Assembly: GCA_963737905.1 (NCBI GenBank)
Contig: CAVTUQ010000039.1
Span: 1-64,000 of the forward strand
DNA from: an uncultured delta proteobacterium
GTDB lineage: Bacteria > Desulfobacterota > Binatia > UBA9968
Reading direction: 5' to 3'
DNA: 64,000 bases
The translations under genes were made by a program, and so were the position numbers. Positions 50,022 to 60,033 of this stretch are shown here, piece by piece (positions within the stretch are counted from its first letter, which is position 1; each line of letters starts with the position of its first letter). Under the pieces are notes generated by a model. That model was not told where the DNA came from and ran no database searches. It saw only the letters and a list, made by a program, of their open reading frames with translations.

Positions 50022-50282
50022 CACGCTCCCCTGAAGCAGTCGTATAAGGAGGTTACCAAAATATGCTGAGAAAATCACATCACGGAGTCTTTTGATTCAA
50101 GCCATAGTACCACGCATCTCTTCTGCTGCCGTCCCTCTAGCCCTTCAGCAGCATTGTCAATCATGATTTTCTTTGTTACCAGTATCTGTATTTTGCCATC
50201 CCGATGAAGAGCCTGTTCGTTCCTATTCTTATAAGATTCAGTTCGCGCACAAACTGAAACAAGGCACCTCCAGCGCTAATTC

Positions 50283-50720
50283 GTGAAAGCCGTTATCCAA
50301 AGAGTGTCCCGAGCCGAAGTCAAGGTCGCCGACGCGCTCATCGGCAGAATCGGCCCCGGCCTTTGTATTTTTCTGGGCATCGGCAAAGACGATGGCCAAA
50401 GCAACGCCGATCGTCTTGCGGAGAAGATCAAGAATCTGAGAATTTTTGAAGACGAGAATGGCAAGATGAACCGATCCATAGAGGAAATGGGCGAAGAAGT
50501 CCTGGTCGTATCGCAATTCACCCTGTATGGAGATTGCAGGAAAGGCAATCGTCCTTCCTTTAGCGATGCGGCGCCACCCGACGAGGCGGAAAAATTGTAC
50601 GACTATTTCGTGCAGCGATTGCGCGGCGCGGGTCTCACCGTGGCGACCGGACAATTCAAGGCGCGAATGGCTGTCGCCTTGACCAACGACGGACCGGTCA
50701 CCTTTATCGTCGAGACCTAG
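50283..50720 (+). CDS. dtd: D-aminoacyl-tRNA deacylase
   Basis: [19 protein letters not shown] and NDGPVT motifs. Confidence 0.97.
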   Translation: MKAVIQRVSRAEVKVADALIGRIGPGLCIFLGIGKDDGQSNADRLAEKIKNLRIFEDENGKMNRSIEEMGEEVLVVSQFTLYGDCRKGNRPSFSDAAPPDEAEKLYDYFVQRLRGAGLTVATGQFKARMAVALTNDGPVTFIVET

Positions 50721-50727
50721 GAAAAAA

Positions 50728-51420
50728 ATGAACGTCGTCTTGTTTCAACCGGAAATCCCGCCCAATACCGGAAGCATCGCGCGGTTGTGCGCGGCAACGC
50801 TCACGCCGCTCCATTTGATCGAGCCCCTGGGTTTCAAGATCGATGACAAGCATCTGAAACGTGCCGGGCTGGACTACTGGGAATTCGTTGACCTTCGGGT
50901 CTACAGATCATGGGATGATTTCTTCACCCGGCATGCCACCAGAAATCTTCTCTACTTTTCCAAAAGAGCGAGCCAATCCTTCACCCGGACTCGATACCAG
51001 GAAGACGACTATCTTGTCTTCGGCCCCGAAACCCGCGGCCTGCCGCAGGAGCTTCTGGACGCCAATCCGGATCGCTCGTATCGCATTCCCATGATGGGTA
51101 CCGGGGTGCGCAGCTTGAATTTATCCAATGCCGTTTCCATCGTGCTCTACGAAGGACTCCGGCAGTTGGGGAAACTGGATCAAACAAGCAAACTTATTTG
51201 GAAATCACACAGAGTTGACTCGCGCAAAAACGCAAAGGCCGCCAAGTTCGGAGAAAAAGAACATTATCTTCTTGCGCTCTTGGCGTCTTGGTACGATGAA
51301 AGTTTCGAATCGTTCGTAAAGTCTGAATACCTCGTCTCAAAAGAGAGTTTTTCAAGGGCGACACTGCTGATCATGATCATCGGGTCTGACCCACAGGGTA
51401 CCCGTCCGGCGATCGCGTAA
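50728..51420 (+). CDS. trmL: tRNA (cytidine/uridine-2'-O)-methyltransferase; homology ends near 51180, tail doubtful
   Basis: PEIPPNTG, RAGLDYW, FGPETRGLP and RSLNLSN motifs. Confidence 0.9.
   Translation: MNVVLFQPEIPPNTGSIARLCAATLTPLHLIEPLGFKIDDKHLKRAGLDYWEFVDLRVYRSWDDFFTRHATRNLLYFSKRASQSFTRTRYQEDDYLVFGPETRGLPQELLDANPDRSYRIPMMGTGVRSLNLSNAVSIVLYEGLRQLGKLDQTSKLIWKSHRVDSRKNAKAAKFGEKEHYLLALLASWYDESFESFVKSEYLVSKESFSRATLLIMIIGSDPQGTRPAIA
51219..51291. repeat. Dispersed REP-like element, copy B
   Basis: CTCGCGCAAAAACGCAAAGGCCGCCAAGTTCGGA followed by the inverted arm TTGCGCTCTTGGCGTCTTGG. Confidence 0.65.
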
Positions 51421-51687
51421 GATTCGCGGGGAACATCTAGACAAAACACAAAAAGTGAGGACAAAGTTTGAAAAAAGTACCGGTTTCCACTTGACGCCCG
51501 CGCTTGTTTCTGGTCTATTTTGCATCCAGTTCGATCGGCCGGTTTGCCGATCCGGTCACTTCATCGATTCGTTCTACATAGCCCGGACTGGATCTTATTC
51601 AGCCGGCTTTTTATTTCGCCGATGGCAGAATGTTTGAAGACGAAAACTCAACGCGTTGACGCTCGTCGATTAGATTGAGGAGGAAAT

Positions 51688-53049
51688 ATGCATCAGTTAA
51701 AAGATGGAAAGAAAATTTCTTGGCTCGCTGTGTTCCTATCCGCGCTCGGGATCGTTTTCCCCACGCCGGCTCAGCCAGCCGATCAACCCGCAGGAAAGCT
51801 CGAAAAAGTGAGGATCGCCTACAGCGCTATTTCTGGCAGCCAACTCGTAGGGTGGATCGCCAATGACGCAGGGTTCTTTCGCAAGAACGGGTTGGATGCT
51901 GAGTTCATCTTTGTCGAGGGTGGGCCGCGGGCCGTCCAGTCCATCGCGTCGGGCGAGGTGCAGTTCGGCGTGGTGGCCGGTGCCCCTGTCATACAGAGTC
52001 ATCTTCGGGGTTCGTCGGTAGTCCTAGTGACGGGATTTCTTAACACCCTCGACTATCAGTTCATCGTTGACAAGAGAATCACCCGGCCGGACCAGCTAAA
52101 AGGCAAGGCTGTGGCAGTAAGCCAGCCAGGATCCTCGTCCGATTTCGCCATGCGCTATGCTCTGGATAAATACGGGCTGGAGCCAGGCAAGGATGTAACT
52201 CTGATCGAAATCGGCAGCCAGCCGGCGCGCTTTTCCGCGCTCGAATCAGGTAAGATCCAGGGGGTGATGATCGCGGTTCCGTTGACTCTCACGGCCAAAA
52301 AGATGGGCTTTAACGTCCTGGCCGATCTTCAGATGCTGGGGCTCGAATACCAATACACCGCAATGGCAACCACTCGAGAGTTGATCAAGTCGCGCCCCGA
52401 TCTCGTCCGGAACGTGGTGAAGGCCTCCGTGGAGGCCATCCACTATGTCAAGACCCATCGTAAAGAGTCCATAGAAATTCTTCGGAAGTATATGAAGACC
52501 GATGACATCGAGGCGCTGGCAGAAACCTATGAAGCCACCGCACTCGCCCTGATTCCCGAGAGGCCCTATCCGACCCTCCGCGGAATTCAGATTATACTTC
52601 AGGAACTCGGCACAAAAGACCCTAAGGCTAAGGCAGCCCGGCCTGAGCAGTTTGTGGATATGAGCTTTGTCAAGGAACTTGATGGTTCGGGATTCATCGA
52701 CCGGCTGTATAAAGCGACGCCGGCTGTTGCCAGCGCTGAAACTCACCCACCTCCTGCTCCAAGCACCACGGAGAAAGCAACGCAGACCGCTCAAAAGAAC
52801 GCGATTGTTTCCGACACCAAACAGAGAACGGAAAAACTAGCTCAAGCCCCCAAGACTTCTTCTTCCGCGTCAACGGAATATACAGTGAAGGCTGGGGATA
52901 CCCTCAGCCACTTGGCACTCGAATACTATGGGAATGCACGCAAATGGCGGCAAATTTACGAAGCTAATAAAGAAACTATGCCAAATCCAAATTATATATA
53001 CATTGGACAGAAGATTCTTGTCCCTGCCGATACGCCGCGAGCGGCGTGA
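51688..53049 (+). CDS. NMT1/SsuA-like ABC substrate-binding protein with C-terminal LysM domain
   Basis: GFFRKNGLD, QLKGKAVAV and PEQFVDMSFVKEL motifs; Pro/Thr linker; YTVKAGDTLS...IYEAN...IYIGQKI. Confidence 0.88.
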   Translation: MHQLKDGKKISWLAVFLSALGIVFPTPAQPADQPAGKLEKVRIAYSAISGSQLVGWIANDAGFFRKNGLDAEFIFVEGGPRAVQSIASGEVQFGVVAGAPVIQSHLRGSSVVLVTGFLNTLDYQFIVDKRITRPDQLKGKAVAVSQPGSSSDFAMRYALDKYGLEPGKDVTLIEIGSQPARFSALESGKIQGVMIAVPLTLTAKKMGFNVLADLQMLGLEYQYTAMATTRELIKSRPDLVRNVVKASVEAIHYVKTHRKESIEILRKYMKTDDIEALAETYEATALALIPERPYPTLRGIQIILQELGTKDPKAKAARPEQFVDMSFVKELDGSGFIDRLYKATPAVASAETHPPPAPSTTEKATQTAQKNAIVSDTKQRTEKLAQAPKTSSSASTEYTVKAGDTLSHLALEYYGNARKWRQIYEANKETMPNPNYIYIGQKILVPADTPRAA

Positions 53050-53163
53050 CGACGATGGCACTCAGGGCTAGCTTCCCCGGGATAGTAAAGGGGTTCACGC
53101 TCGCTGCACTGCAAGTCTACACTTGACATAAGCAGTAAAGATTAGATAGCGTTCGCGCATTCT

Positions 53164-54349
53164 ATGCCCGGCCGGCCCTTTCTTCAGATACCAGGCCCGA
53201 GCATTGTGCCAGAGCGCGTTGTTCGGGCCATGTCCCAGCCCCTGATCGATCATCGGGGTCCTGCATTCGCAGCGCTGTTGCGCGAAGTTTTGCAGGGGCT
53301 CAAAGCGCTATTTCGAACGGCCGACGGTCATGTTCTCCTCTTCCCCGGCTCCGGCACCGGAGGATGGGAATGCTCTATTGTCAATACGCTTTCGCCCGGC
53401 GACCAAGTGCTGGGCTGTGTGAACGGTTACTTCAGCGACCTATTTTGCCGCACCGCCACCTCCCACGGTATCGACGTGCAGAGACTGGAGGCCGAGTACG
53501 GCGCGGGCGTGCCGGCCGATGCGATTGAGGAGCGCCTGCGTCGAGACAAGGACCATCGAATCAAGGCCGTTCTCGTAGTCCAAACCGAAACCTCCACCGG
53601 TGTCACCAGCAGCCTTGCCACGGTGCGCAAAGCCATCGACGCCGCGGCCCACCCCGCGCTTCTCTTGGCCGATGTGGTGAGCTCGCTGGGCTGCACGGAT
53701 CTGCGCTTCGACGAGTGGAAACTGGACGTCGCCCTGACCGCTGCTCAAAAAGGGCTCATGCTGCCGCCGGGTATGGCACTTCTCGCCGTGAGTGAAAAAG
53801 CGCTTGAGGCGAATCGCGCGGCCCGGTGCGCCCGCTCGTTTTGGGACTGGCGGCCGGTTCTGGAGAGCAATGCGGAAGGTCATTTTCCCTATACCCCGGC
53901 GACTGCCCTGTTATTCGGCCTGAGCGAAAGCCTAAAGATGCTCTTCGAAGAAGGGTTGGAGAATGTTTTCTACCGCCATGCGCGGCTGGCCGGCGCCTGC
54001 CGGAGAGGGATCAACGCGATGACTCTGCAACCTCTTCGCGCGCGATCCCGAACAATATTCTAATACGCTGACTGCGGTCTCAATGCCCGAAGGGTTTGAT
54101 TCCGACTCGTTCATCAATCATACCCTTTCGCTCGTCGATCTGCCGCTCGGCAAAGGTCTCGGCAAAGTCAAAGGAAAACTCTTCCGCATCGGCCACCTCG
54201 GGAGTATCAACGAGCTTGAGCTCTTGGGCGTTCTGGGCGGAATCGAAATGGCATTAAAAAGCTTCGGCGTGAAGTTGCCCCTCGGCGCTGGTCTGGCAGC
54301 GGCGGAAACTTTCCTGTTGGAAACCACCATCAAACGATCGCCTTTATGA
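53164..54349 (+). CDS. Class V PLP aminotransferase (serine/alanine-glyoxylate type), frameshift near 54031
   Basis: IPGPS, IDHR, ETSTG, DVVSSLG, AQKGLMLPPG, FPYTP and FRIGHLG motifs. Confidence 0.9.
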
Positions 54350-55216
54350 AAATCGATCCGCATAAATGCGTTGCCTGTGGAAACTGTTTGCCGGTTTGCC
54401 CAATGGGCGCGATCTACATCGATCCGTCCATCAACCGGGCACGCATCAATGCGGATGAATGCGTGGAATGCTTTACCTGTTATCGAGGCATGTCGAAGGA
54501 ACATCTCAACCCCATGCTGGTACGAACGATCCGCAAGACCGCGCAATTTTTCCGGTTTCGTTTCGATCCGGAACCCGACATCTGCCCCACGGATGCGATT
54601 GTGCCGGAAGAGTTGAGTTGGCCGAGGGTCGTCCGACGCGCCTTCTCCGATCCTCAGGTGCCGCACGAGTCGACCGGCATTCATGGGCGCGGCACCGCCG
54701 AAGTTAAGACTAACGACGTCACCCACCGAGTGAAGGGAGGCGAGGCAGGCTTCGTAGTGGAGTTTGGCCGGCCGGGGATCGGCGCTCGCTTTCGCGACAT
54801 CGAGCGGGTCACATGGAGCCTTGGCCGAGTTGGGCGTGGAATTTGAAAGCAATAATCCCGTGACTTCGCTTATGACCGACCCTGCGCGGGGTCTTATCCG
54901 CTCGGAGATACTCGACGAGAAGATTCTATCGGCGATCGTCGAGATCAAAACTAGCCTGGAACAGGTGCCTTCGGTCTTGAGGAAAATCAGAGAGCTTTCC
55001 CGCGAGGTAAAGACGGTGATCAGCATCGGCGTCTCAACTCGCTGTGGCGGCGCCGGCGAGGAGCCATTGAAGGAGATTTTGGAGCGCGAGGGCTATCCGA
55101 CTTATCGGGGCAAGACTAATTTGGGACTGGGGCGAGTTACGGTAGTCTCGAGTTCCGAGTCTGGCGTCTCGATTTCAATCCGAAACCAGAAACCCGAAAC
55201 TCAAAACGCGCAATAA
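54346..55216 (+). CDS. 4Fe-4S binding protein with uncharacterised C-terminal domain, frameshift near 54817
   Basis: CVACGNCLPVCP, CVECFTC...CPTDAI, GRGTAEVKTNDVT, EFGRPG and KTNLGLG motifs. Confidence 0.8.
55145..55207. repeat. Inverted arrays of degenerate heptamer repeats (GTYTCGA / CCGAAAC)
   Basis: GTCTCGA GTTCCGA GTCTGGC GTCTCGA ... CCGAAAC CAGAAAC CCGAAAC TCAAAAC. Similar tracts near 56960 and 59960. Confidence 0.55.
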
Positions 55217-55223
55217 ATCGCGT

Positions 55224-55928
55224 ATGACCAACACGCTTCACCGGTACAGCGAGCACTACGCCTTTGAAACGCCGCCGAACCCGGCTCCGGTCCGGGACGA
55301 CTATATCGTATTCGCCATGGCGAGCAGCGGGATCAACGATGACGATCTGGTCGAGAAATACCGAGCTTTCCTGCGCCTGGCGCTGCAGCACAATCCCGTG
55401 AATATCGGCGACGCCACCAAGGGTGGGATACTCCGTCCACGACAGGACTTGAACCCAAAAGCCCACTGGATGCGTAATCAACAACCCAATCCAGAAGAAG
55501 TCATCGCGGGCATCGAAGGCCACACGACCGTGGCGGCAGTCTTTGACAATTATGCAGACGTGAAGGCCTTTGTACACGATGTCCAATGCGCGAATCTGGG
55601 CGTATCGGTGAATATCAGCGCGCCGATTGACGATGCGGACCGTTGCTGCCGCGAGAACGGGATTACCCGCCACAGCGTGGAATATTCCTTGGGGTTTTGC
55701 GGCCGGGTGGACCGGTTGCCGGATGCCACCGTGCTGGAACTTTCAACCATGTGCGGCCACGGCATGCTTTCCGCCCAGTTCGTCGAGAAAATGATCGATT
55801 GGGTCAAAGAAAACCGCCGCACCCCCGCCGAGGTTTCACGTACGATGGCTCGCTTCTGCAGCTGCGGCGTGTTCAACATCAGCAGGGCCGAACGCATCCT
55901 TGATGAGGCAAGAACGAAAAACCGGTGA
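55224..55928 (+). CDS. Hypothetical protein with MCGHG and CxCGxFN motifs
   Basis: MTNTLHR, CC..GITRHS, STMCGHGM and FCSCGVFN motifs. Confidence 0.8.
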   Translation: MTNTLHRYSEHYAFETPPNPAPVRDDYIVFAMASSGINDDDLVEKYRAFLRLALQHNPVNIGDATKGGILRPRQDLNPKAHWMRNQQPNPEEVIAGIEGHTTVAAVFDNYADVKAFVHDVQCANLGVSVNISAPIDDADRCCRENGITRHSVEYSLGFCGRVDRLPDATVLELSTMCGHGMLSAQFVEKMIDWVKENRRTPAEVSRTMARFCSCGVFNISRAERILDEARTKNR

Positions 55929-55973
55929 GATTCCCGTCGAGGGAACAAAAGGACGGGAAAGGAGAAAAAACAA

Positions 55974-56951
55974 ATGAAGCGCATATTCTTTGGTGTTCTG
56001 GTCCTGACCTTGGTTGGTCTTTGGATTCGACCGTCGATGGCGCAGACCGTTACGCTAAGGCTCGGCCATGTCGGTTTTCCGGGCTCTCTTTTCGCCATCA
56101 CGACGGATGAATATGCCAACCGAGTCAACGCCGCGCTCAAGGGAAAAGTGGAGATCAAGGTCTTCCACTCCAGCCAGCTCGGCAGTGACGAGCAGATGAT
56201 GAGGGGGATCAAAGTGGGCGCTCCGGAGATGGTGGCACCATCAACGGTCATGAGCACCGTGGAAGCGAAATTCGGCGTCTTTGAGATGCCCTACCTCATT
56301 GTCAGCCGAGCCCACATGAAGAAGGTAGCGGAGAACTCGCAAGTCCAGAAACTCCTCTTCCAAGGACTGCCTGCAAAGGGAATCAGAGTGCTCGGAGTTT
56401 GGGAGAACGGATTCCGCCACATCACCAACAACGTGAGGCCGATAGTGAAACCTGACGATCTGAAAGGGATCAAGTTGAGAGTGCCGGGCGGAGTCTGGCG
56501 GGTGAAGATGTTTAAGGAGTACGGGGCAAATCCTTCGCCCATGCCGCTCTCCGAGGTCTATTCGGCGCTCCAGTCGGGCGTCATGGACGCGCAGGAAAAT
56601 CCCTTCCCACAAATCGCGTCGGCAAAATTCTACGAGGTGCAAAAGTTTCTTTCTTTGAGCGGCCACGTGTACACTCCCGCCTACCTGGTGGTGGGGGAAG
56701 AATCCTGGGCAAAGCTGCCGAAAGACAGCCAGAACACGCTCTCGAAGATCGCCTGGGAGATGGGAGACTTTGCCCGCTCCGAAGGCGAGCGGCTGGATAA
56801 GGAGCTGATGGGCAAGCTTGTCCCACCCATGAAATCCAACGAGGTCGACAAAGATGCGTTTATTAAAGGCTCGGCCGGGGTCTACGAAGAATTTGGCAAA
56901 GAAGTACCGGGCGGGACTGATCTGATCAAGGTCATCCAGTCGCTGCGGTAA
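55974..56951 (+). CDS. dctP: TRAP transporter substrate-binding protein
   Basis: SSQLG, WENGFRHIT, DLKGIKLRVP and EVYSALQSGVMDAQENP motifs. Confidence 0.95.
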   Translation: MKRIFFGVLVLTLVGLWIRPSMAQTVTLRLGHVGFPGSLFAITTDEYANRVNAALKGKVEIKVFHSSQLGSDEQMMRGIKVGAPEMVAPSTVMSTVEAKFGVFEMPYLIVSRAHMKKVAENSQVQKLLFQGLPAKGIRVLGVWENGFRHITNNVRPIVKPDDLKGIKLRVPGGVWRVKMFKEYGANPSPMPLSEVYSALQSGVMDAQENPFPQIASAKFYEVQKFLSLSGHVYTPAYLVVGEESWAKLPKDSQNTLSKIAWEMGDFARSEGERLDKELMGKLVPPMKSNEVDKDAFIKGSAGVYEEFGKEVPGGTDLIKVIQSLR

Positions 56952-57044
56952 TATCTAGAGATTCGAGATTCGAGTTCGAACACGAATTCAGAATTGTGCC
57001 CCCTGGCTATCCCAATGCGAAAGAACCACAAGCCATAATCAACC

Positions 57045-57560
57045 ATGGGGAAGATCCTCGACCGCGTGATTGAGCTACTCGAGTGGTGGGCGGTGGTTCT
57101 GCTCGTTCTGATGGTCGTATTGGTCTTTCTCGGGGTTTTCTTCCGTTATGTCGTCGGCGCGGCTCTCGCCTGGTACGATGAATTTGCTTCGTATTTACTG
57201 GTCTGGTTGACGTTTTACGGAGCCGTCGCCGCCTCCTATCGCCGCCGCCACATCGGATTCGAGACGTTCGTTATTCGTCTGTTGCCGAACACTCGAAAGG
57301 GGATCGAGGTGGTTGCCGAGCTCCTTATTCTGGGATTCCAAGTTGTGCTTTTCTACTATGGCTGGCTTCTTATGCGAAAGATGGGCGATGAGACCGCGGT
57401 CTCGCTGGCTTGGGTGAAAATGGGCTGGGTCTATAGCGTGTTTCCCATTACCGGCGGGCTCATGCTTCTCATCAGTCTCGACCGTCTGTTTCGCCTTGTG
57501 TTGCGCAAGGGAGATCAGAAAGGAGCCGAAGTCGCGTGGAGTGGCTCATCCTCGGAATGA
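57045..57560 (+). CDS. dctQ: TRAP transporter small permease
   Basis: VFFRYV...WYDE..YLLVWLTFYG..HI; four TM segments. Confidence 0.92.
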   Translation: MGKILDRVIELLEWWAVVLLVLMVVLVFLGVFFRYVVGAALAWYDEFASYLLVWLTFYGAVAASYRRRHIGFETFVIRLLPNTRKGIEVVAELLILGFQVVLFYYGWLLMRKMGDETAVSLAWVKMGWVYSVFPITGGLMLLISLDRLFRLVLRKGDQKGAEVAWSGSSSE

Positions 57561-58813
57561 TCGTTCTCCTGACGGTCATCAATGTCCCCATCGCTTTCGC
57601 TCTCTCGATTACGACGATTGTATTCCTTTTGGTGAACGGGACTGCGTCCCTCAGTGTGGTGCCCTTAAACTTATTTTCGGGATCGTCGAGCTTTCCCCTG
57701 CTCGCCATTCCCCTCTTCATCTTGGCCGGCGGCCTCATGGAGACTTCAGGGATCTCGCTTCGACTGGTCAATCTGGCCAACAGTATGGTGGGCTTCATCC
57801 GCGGCGGACTGGCGATGGTGACGGTGGTAGCGACTATGATCCAGAGCGAGATCTCCGGATCCTCCGTAGCGGATGCCGCTGCGATCGGTAATGTTGTGAT
57901 CCCGGCCATGGAGAAGCGCGGGTACCCAAGAGCGTTCAGCGCGGCCATCGTTTCCAACGCAGCGTCTGCCGCGATTCTGATTCCTCCCTCCATTCCCATG
58001 ATCATCTACGCCTGGATGGCCGAGGTGTCTGTGGCCAAGCTTTTTTTTGCAGGCTTTCTACCCGGTTTTCTAGCGGGCGGATGTATGATGGCTCTCAGTT
58101 ATTATTACGCGTGCAAGTATCGGCTCCCGGTTGAACAGAAATTTTCATTACGGTCGGTCGGAAAAACTACGGTACAAGCTTTCTGGGCGCTGTTTATTCC
58201 ACTCGTAATCTGGGGCGGAATCTTTCTCGGCATCGCCACCGCCACCGAAGTCGCGGCGCTGGCGGTGATTGCGGCATTCATCATCGGCGCGTTCATCTAT
58301 CGCGAGCTGCCTGCACGCGAGCTCGTGCGGGTCTTGAGGGACTCCACCGGGCAGACCGCGGTGGTCATGCTCATCGTGGCCTCCTCGGCGGTGCTCGGCT
58401 GGTTTCTCACCAGCGAGCAGATTCCGCAGAAGTTTGCTCGCCTCATGCTTGAGACAACATCAAACAAATACGCGATCCTTCTCTTTCTGAACATCTTCTT
58501 TCTTATTGCAGGGATGTTTCTCCATTCGGCCGCCGCGATCATCCTCATCGTCCCCATCGTGATGCCGCTGATCCGGCAAATTGGATTGGATCCGATCCAT
58601 TTCGGCATCATCGTGACCATCAACCTCGGTGTGGGTCAGCAGACCCCGCCCGTCGCGACGGTGCTGTTTACCACGGCCGCCATCGCACGCTTGCCCTTCT
58701 GGGAAGTTTTCAAAGCGGGATGGCCGTTCACCGTTGTTCTGGCCTTAGTCACTCTCCTGGTTACTTATGTACCATGGATCAGCCTCGGATTGGTCAACCT
58801 CGTCAATTGGTGA
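57536..58813 (+). CDS. dctM: TRAP transporter large permease
   Basis: LLAIPLFILAG, SGSSVADAAA, LIPPSI, TATE, DPIHFG and TPP motifs. Confidence 0.95.
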   Translation: MEWLILGMIVLLTVINVPIAFALSITTIVFLLVNGTASLSVVPLNLFSGSSSFPLLAIPLFILAGGLMETSGISLRLVNLANSMVGFIRGGLAMVTVVATMIQSEISGSSVADAAAIGNVVIPAMEKRGYPRAFSAAIVSNAASAAILIPPSIPMIIYAWMAEVSVAKLFFAGFLPGFLAGGCMMALSYYYACKYRLPVEQKFSLRSVGKTTVQAFWALFIPLVIWGGIFLGIATATEVAALAVIAAFIIGAFIYRELPARELVRVLRDSTGQTAVVMLIVASSAVLGWFLTSEQIPQKFARLMLETTSNKYAILLFLNIFFLIAGMFLHSAAAIILIVPIVMPLIRQIGLDPIHFGIIVTINLGVGQQTPPVATVLFTTAAIARLPFWEVFKAGWPFTVVLALVTLLVTYVPWISLGLVNLVNW

Positions 58814-59001
58814 TCGGCCCGCCAGCAGACTTCGAAGCGGAAAGAGTATGCAAAGGAGTTAGCCAAAAGGAGAATGCGGGCCGGCCGTTTGCGAATGCTA
58901 GACTTCAGGTCGGTGCTTGCCGCAATCACGCACCTGGACATTTGTCTGCCCTTGAAGTAAGGGGAAGATAAATCAAAAATCTCCAAAAGAAAGGAACCGT
59001 C

Positions 59002-59940
59002 ATGCCCACATTAATCACGGGATTGGGTTTAGTTGGAACATCCTACGCACAGCTCGCGCTGAAGCGCGGCGAGAGTATCGTCTTCTACGACGTGGCGCCA
59101 AGAAAAGATTTTCTGGCGCTCAAGCTCGGGACAGCAAACGTCACGGTGGTCCAAAGAGACGTACGTGATCTTCCGGCACTGGTGGAAACGATCCAAAAAC
59201 ACAAAGTGGATAAAGTCATCCATACTGCGGGTTTGATCGGCGGCAAAGTTGCGCAGCCGATCTACACCGGCATGCAGATCAACGTGATGGGGACCATCAA
59301 CGTGGCGGAGGCGGTGCGGTTGACCGGCGTAAAACGCCTCGTGCAAATCAGCACCTTCGGGATCTACGACCGGCGCGGAGGGGAACCCGGCCCCATCGAT
59401 GAAAGCTTTCACCGTGGGCCCGGCGAACCTTACGGCAATTCCAAAGTGGCCAAGGAATTGATGGTGGAGGCTTACCAGCGCCTTTATGGATTTGAATTGA
59501 TCGTTCTCCGCCTCGCCAATGTCTATGGCGTCGGGCACTTTGCTGGCGGCTCTGCCGGCGGCGAGATGGTGCAAACCATGCTGCAAACCGGCATTAAAGG
59601 CGGCGTCGCGAAAATCGCCCAGGAGCAGGCTCGTGACTTCGAATATATCTATTACAAGGACTTGGGTCGTGCCCTGGACAAGGCCGCGACGGCTCCCCTA
59701 ACAGCTCCGGCTACCTTGAATATCGGTACCGGCGTGGTCATTAAGTTCGATGATCTCGTAGCAACCGCGGAGAAACTGCTGCCCAATCTGCAAGTGGAAT
59801 TGATCCCGGGAACGCGGTCCCGAAGCGCCAAGCAACCCATGGTCATCGCCAAGGCCAAGCAGCTCCTAAACTGGGAGCCTGAATACAATTTGGAAGCCGG
59901 GTTCAAGGATTACATTAAGGAACTTAAAGAATTAGGTTAG
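59002..59940 (+). CDS. NAD-dependent epimerase/dehydratase (extended SDR)
   Basis: LITGLGLVG, HTAG, NVMGT, YGNSK and LRLANVYG motifs. Confidence 0.9.
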   Translation: MPTLITGLGLVGTSYAQLALKRGESIVFYDVAPRKDFLALKLGTANVTVVQRDVRDLPALVETIQKHKVDKVIHTAGLIGGKVAQPIYTGMQINVMGTINVAEAVRLTGVKRLVQISTFGIYDRRGGEPGPIDESFHRGPGEPYGNSKVAKELMVEAYQRLYGFELIVLRLANVYGVGHFAGGSAGGEMVQTMLQTGIKGGVAKIAQEQARDFEYIYYKDLGRALDKAATAPLTAPATLNIGTGVVIKFDDLVATAEKLLPNLQVELIPGTRSRSAKQPMVIAKAKQLLNWEPEYNLEAGFKDYIKELKELG

Positions 59941-60033
59941 TCCGGGTCCGCGTGGTTTTCGGATCTCGATTCGAGGTTTCGGGTTGTGAGAAGGTGCACA
60001 CTGACACCCGAAAGCGGGGCTTCTAACGTGTAA

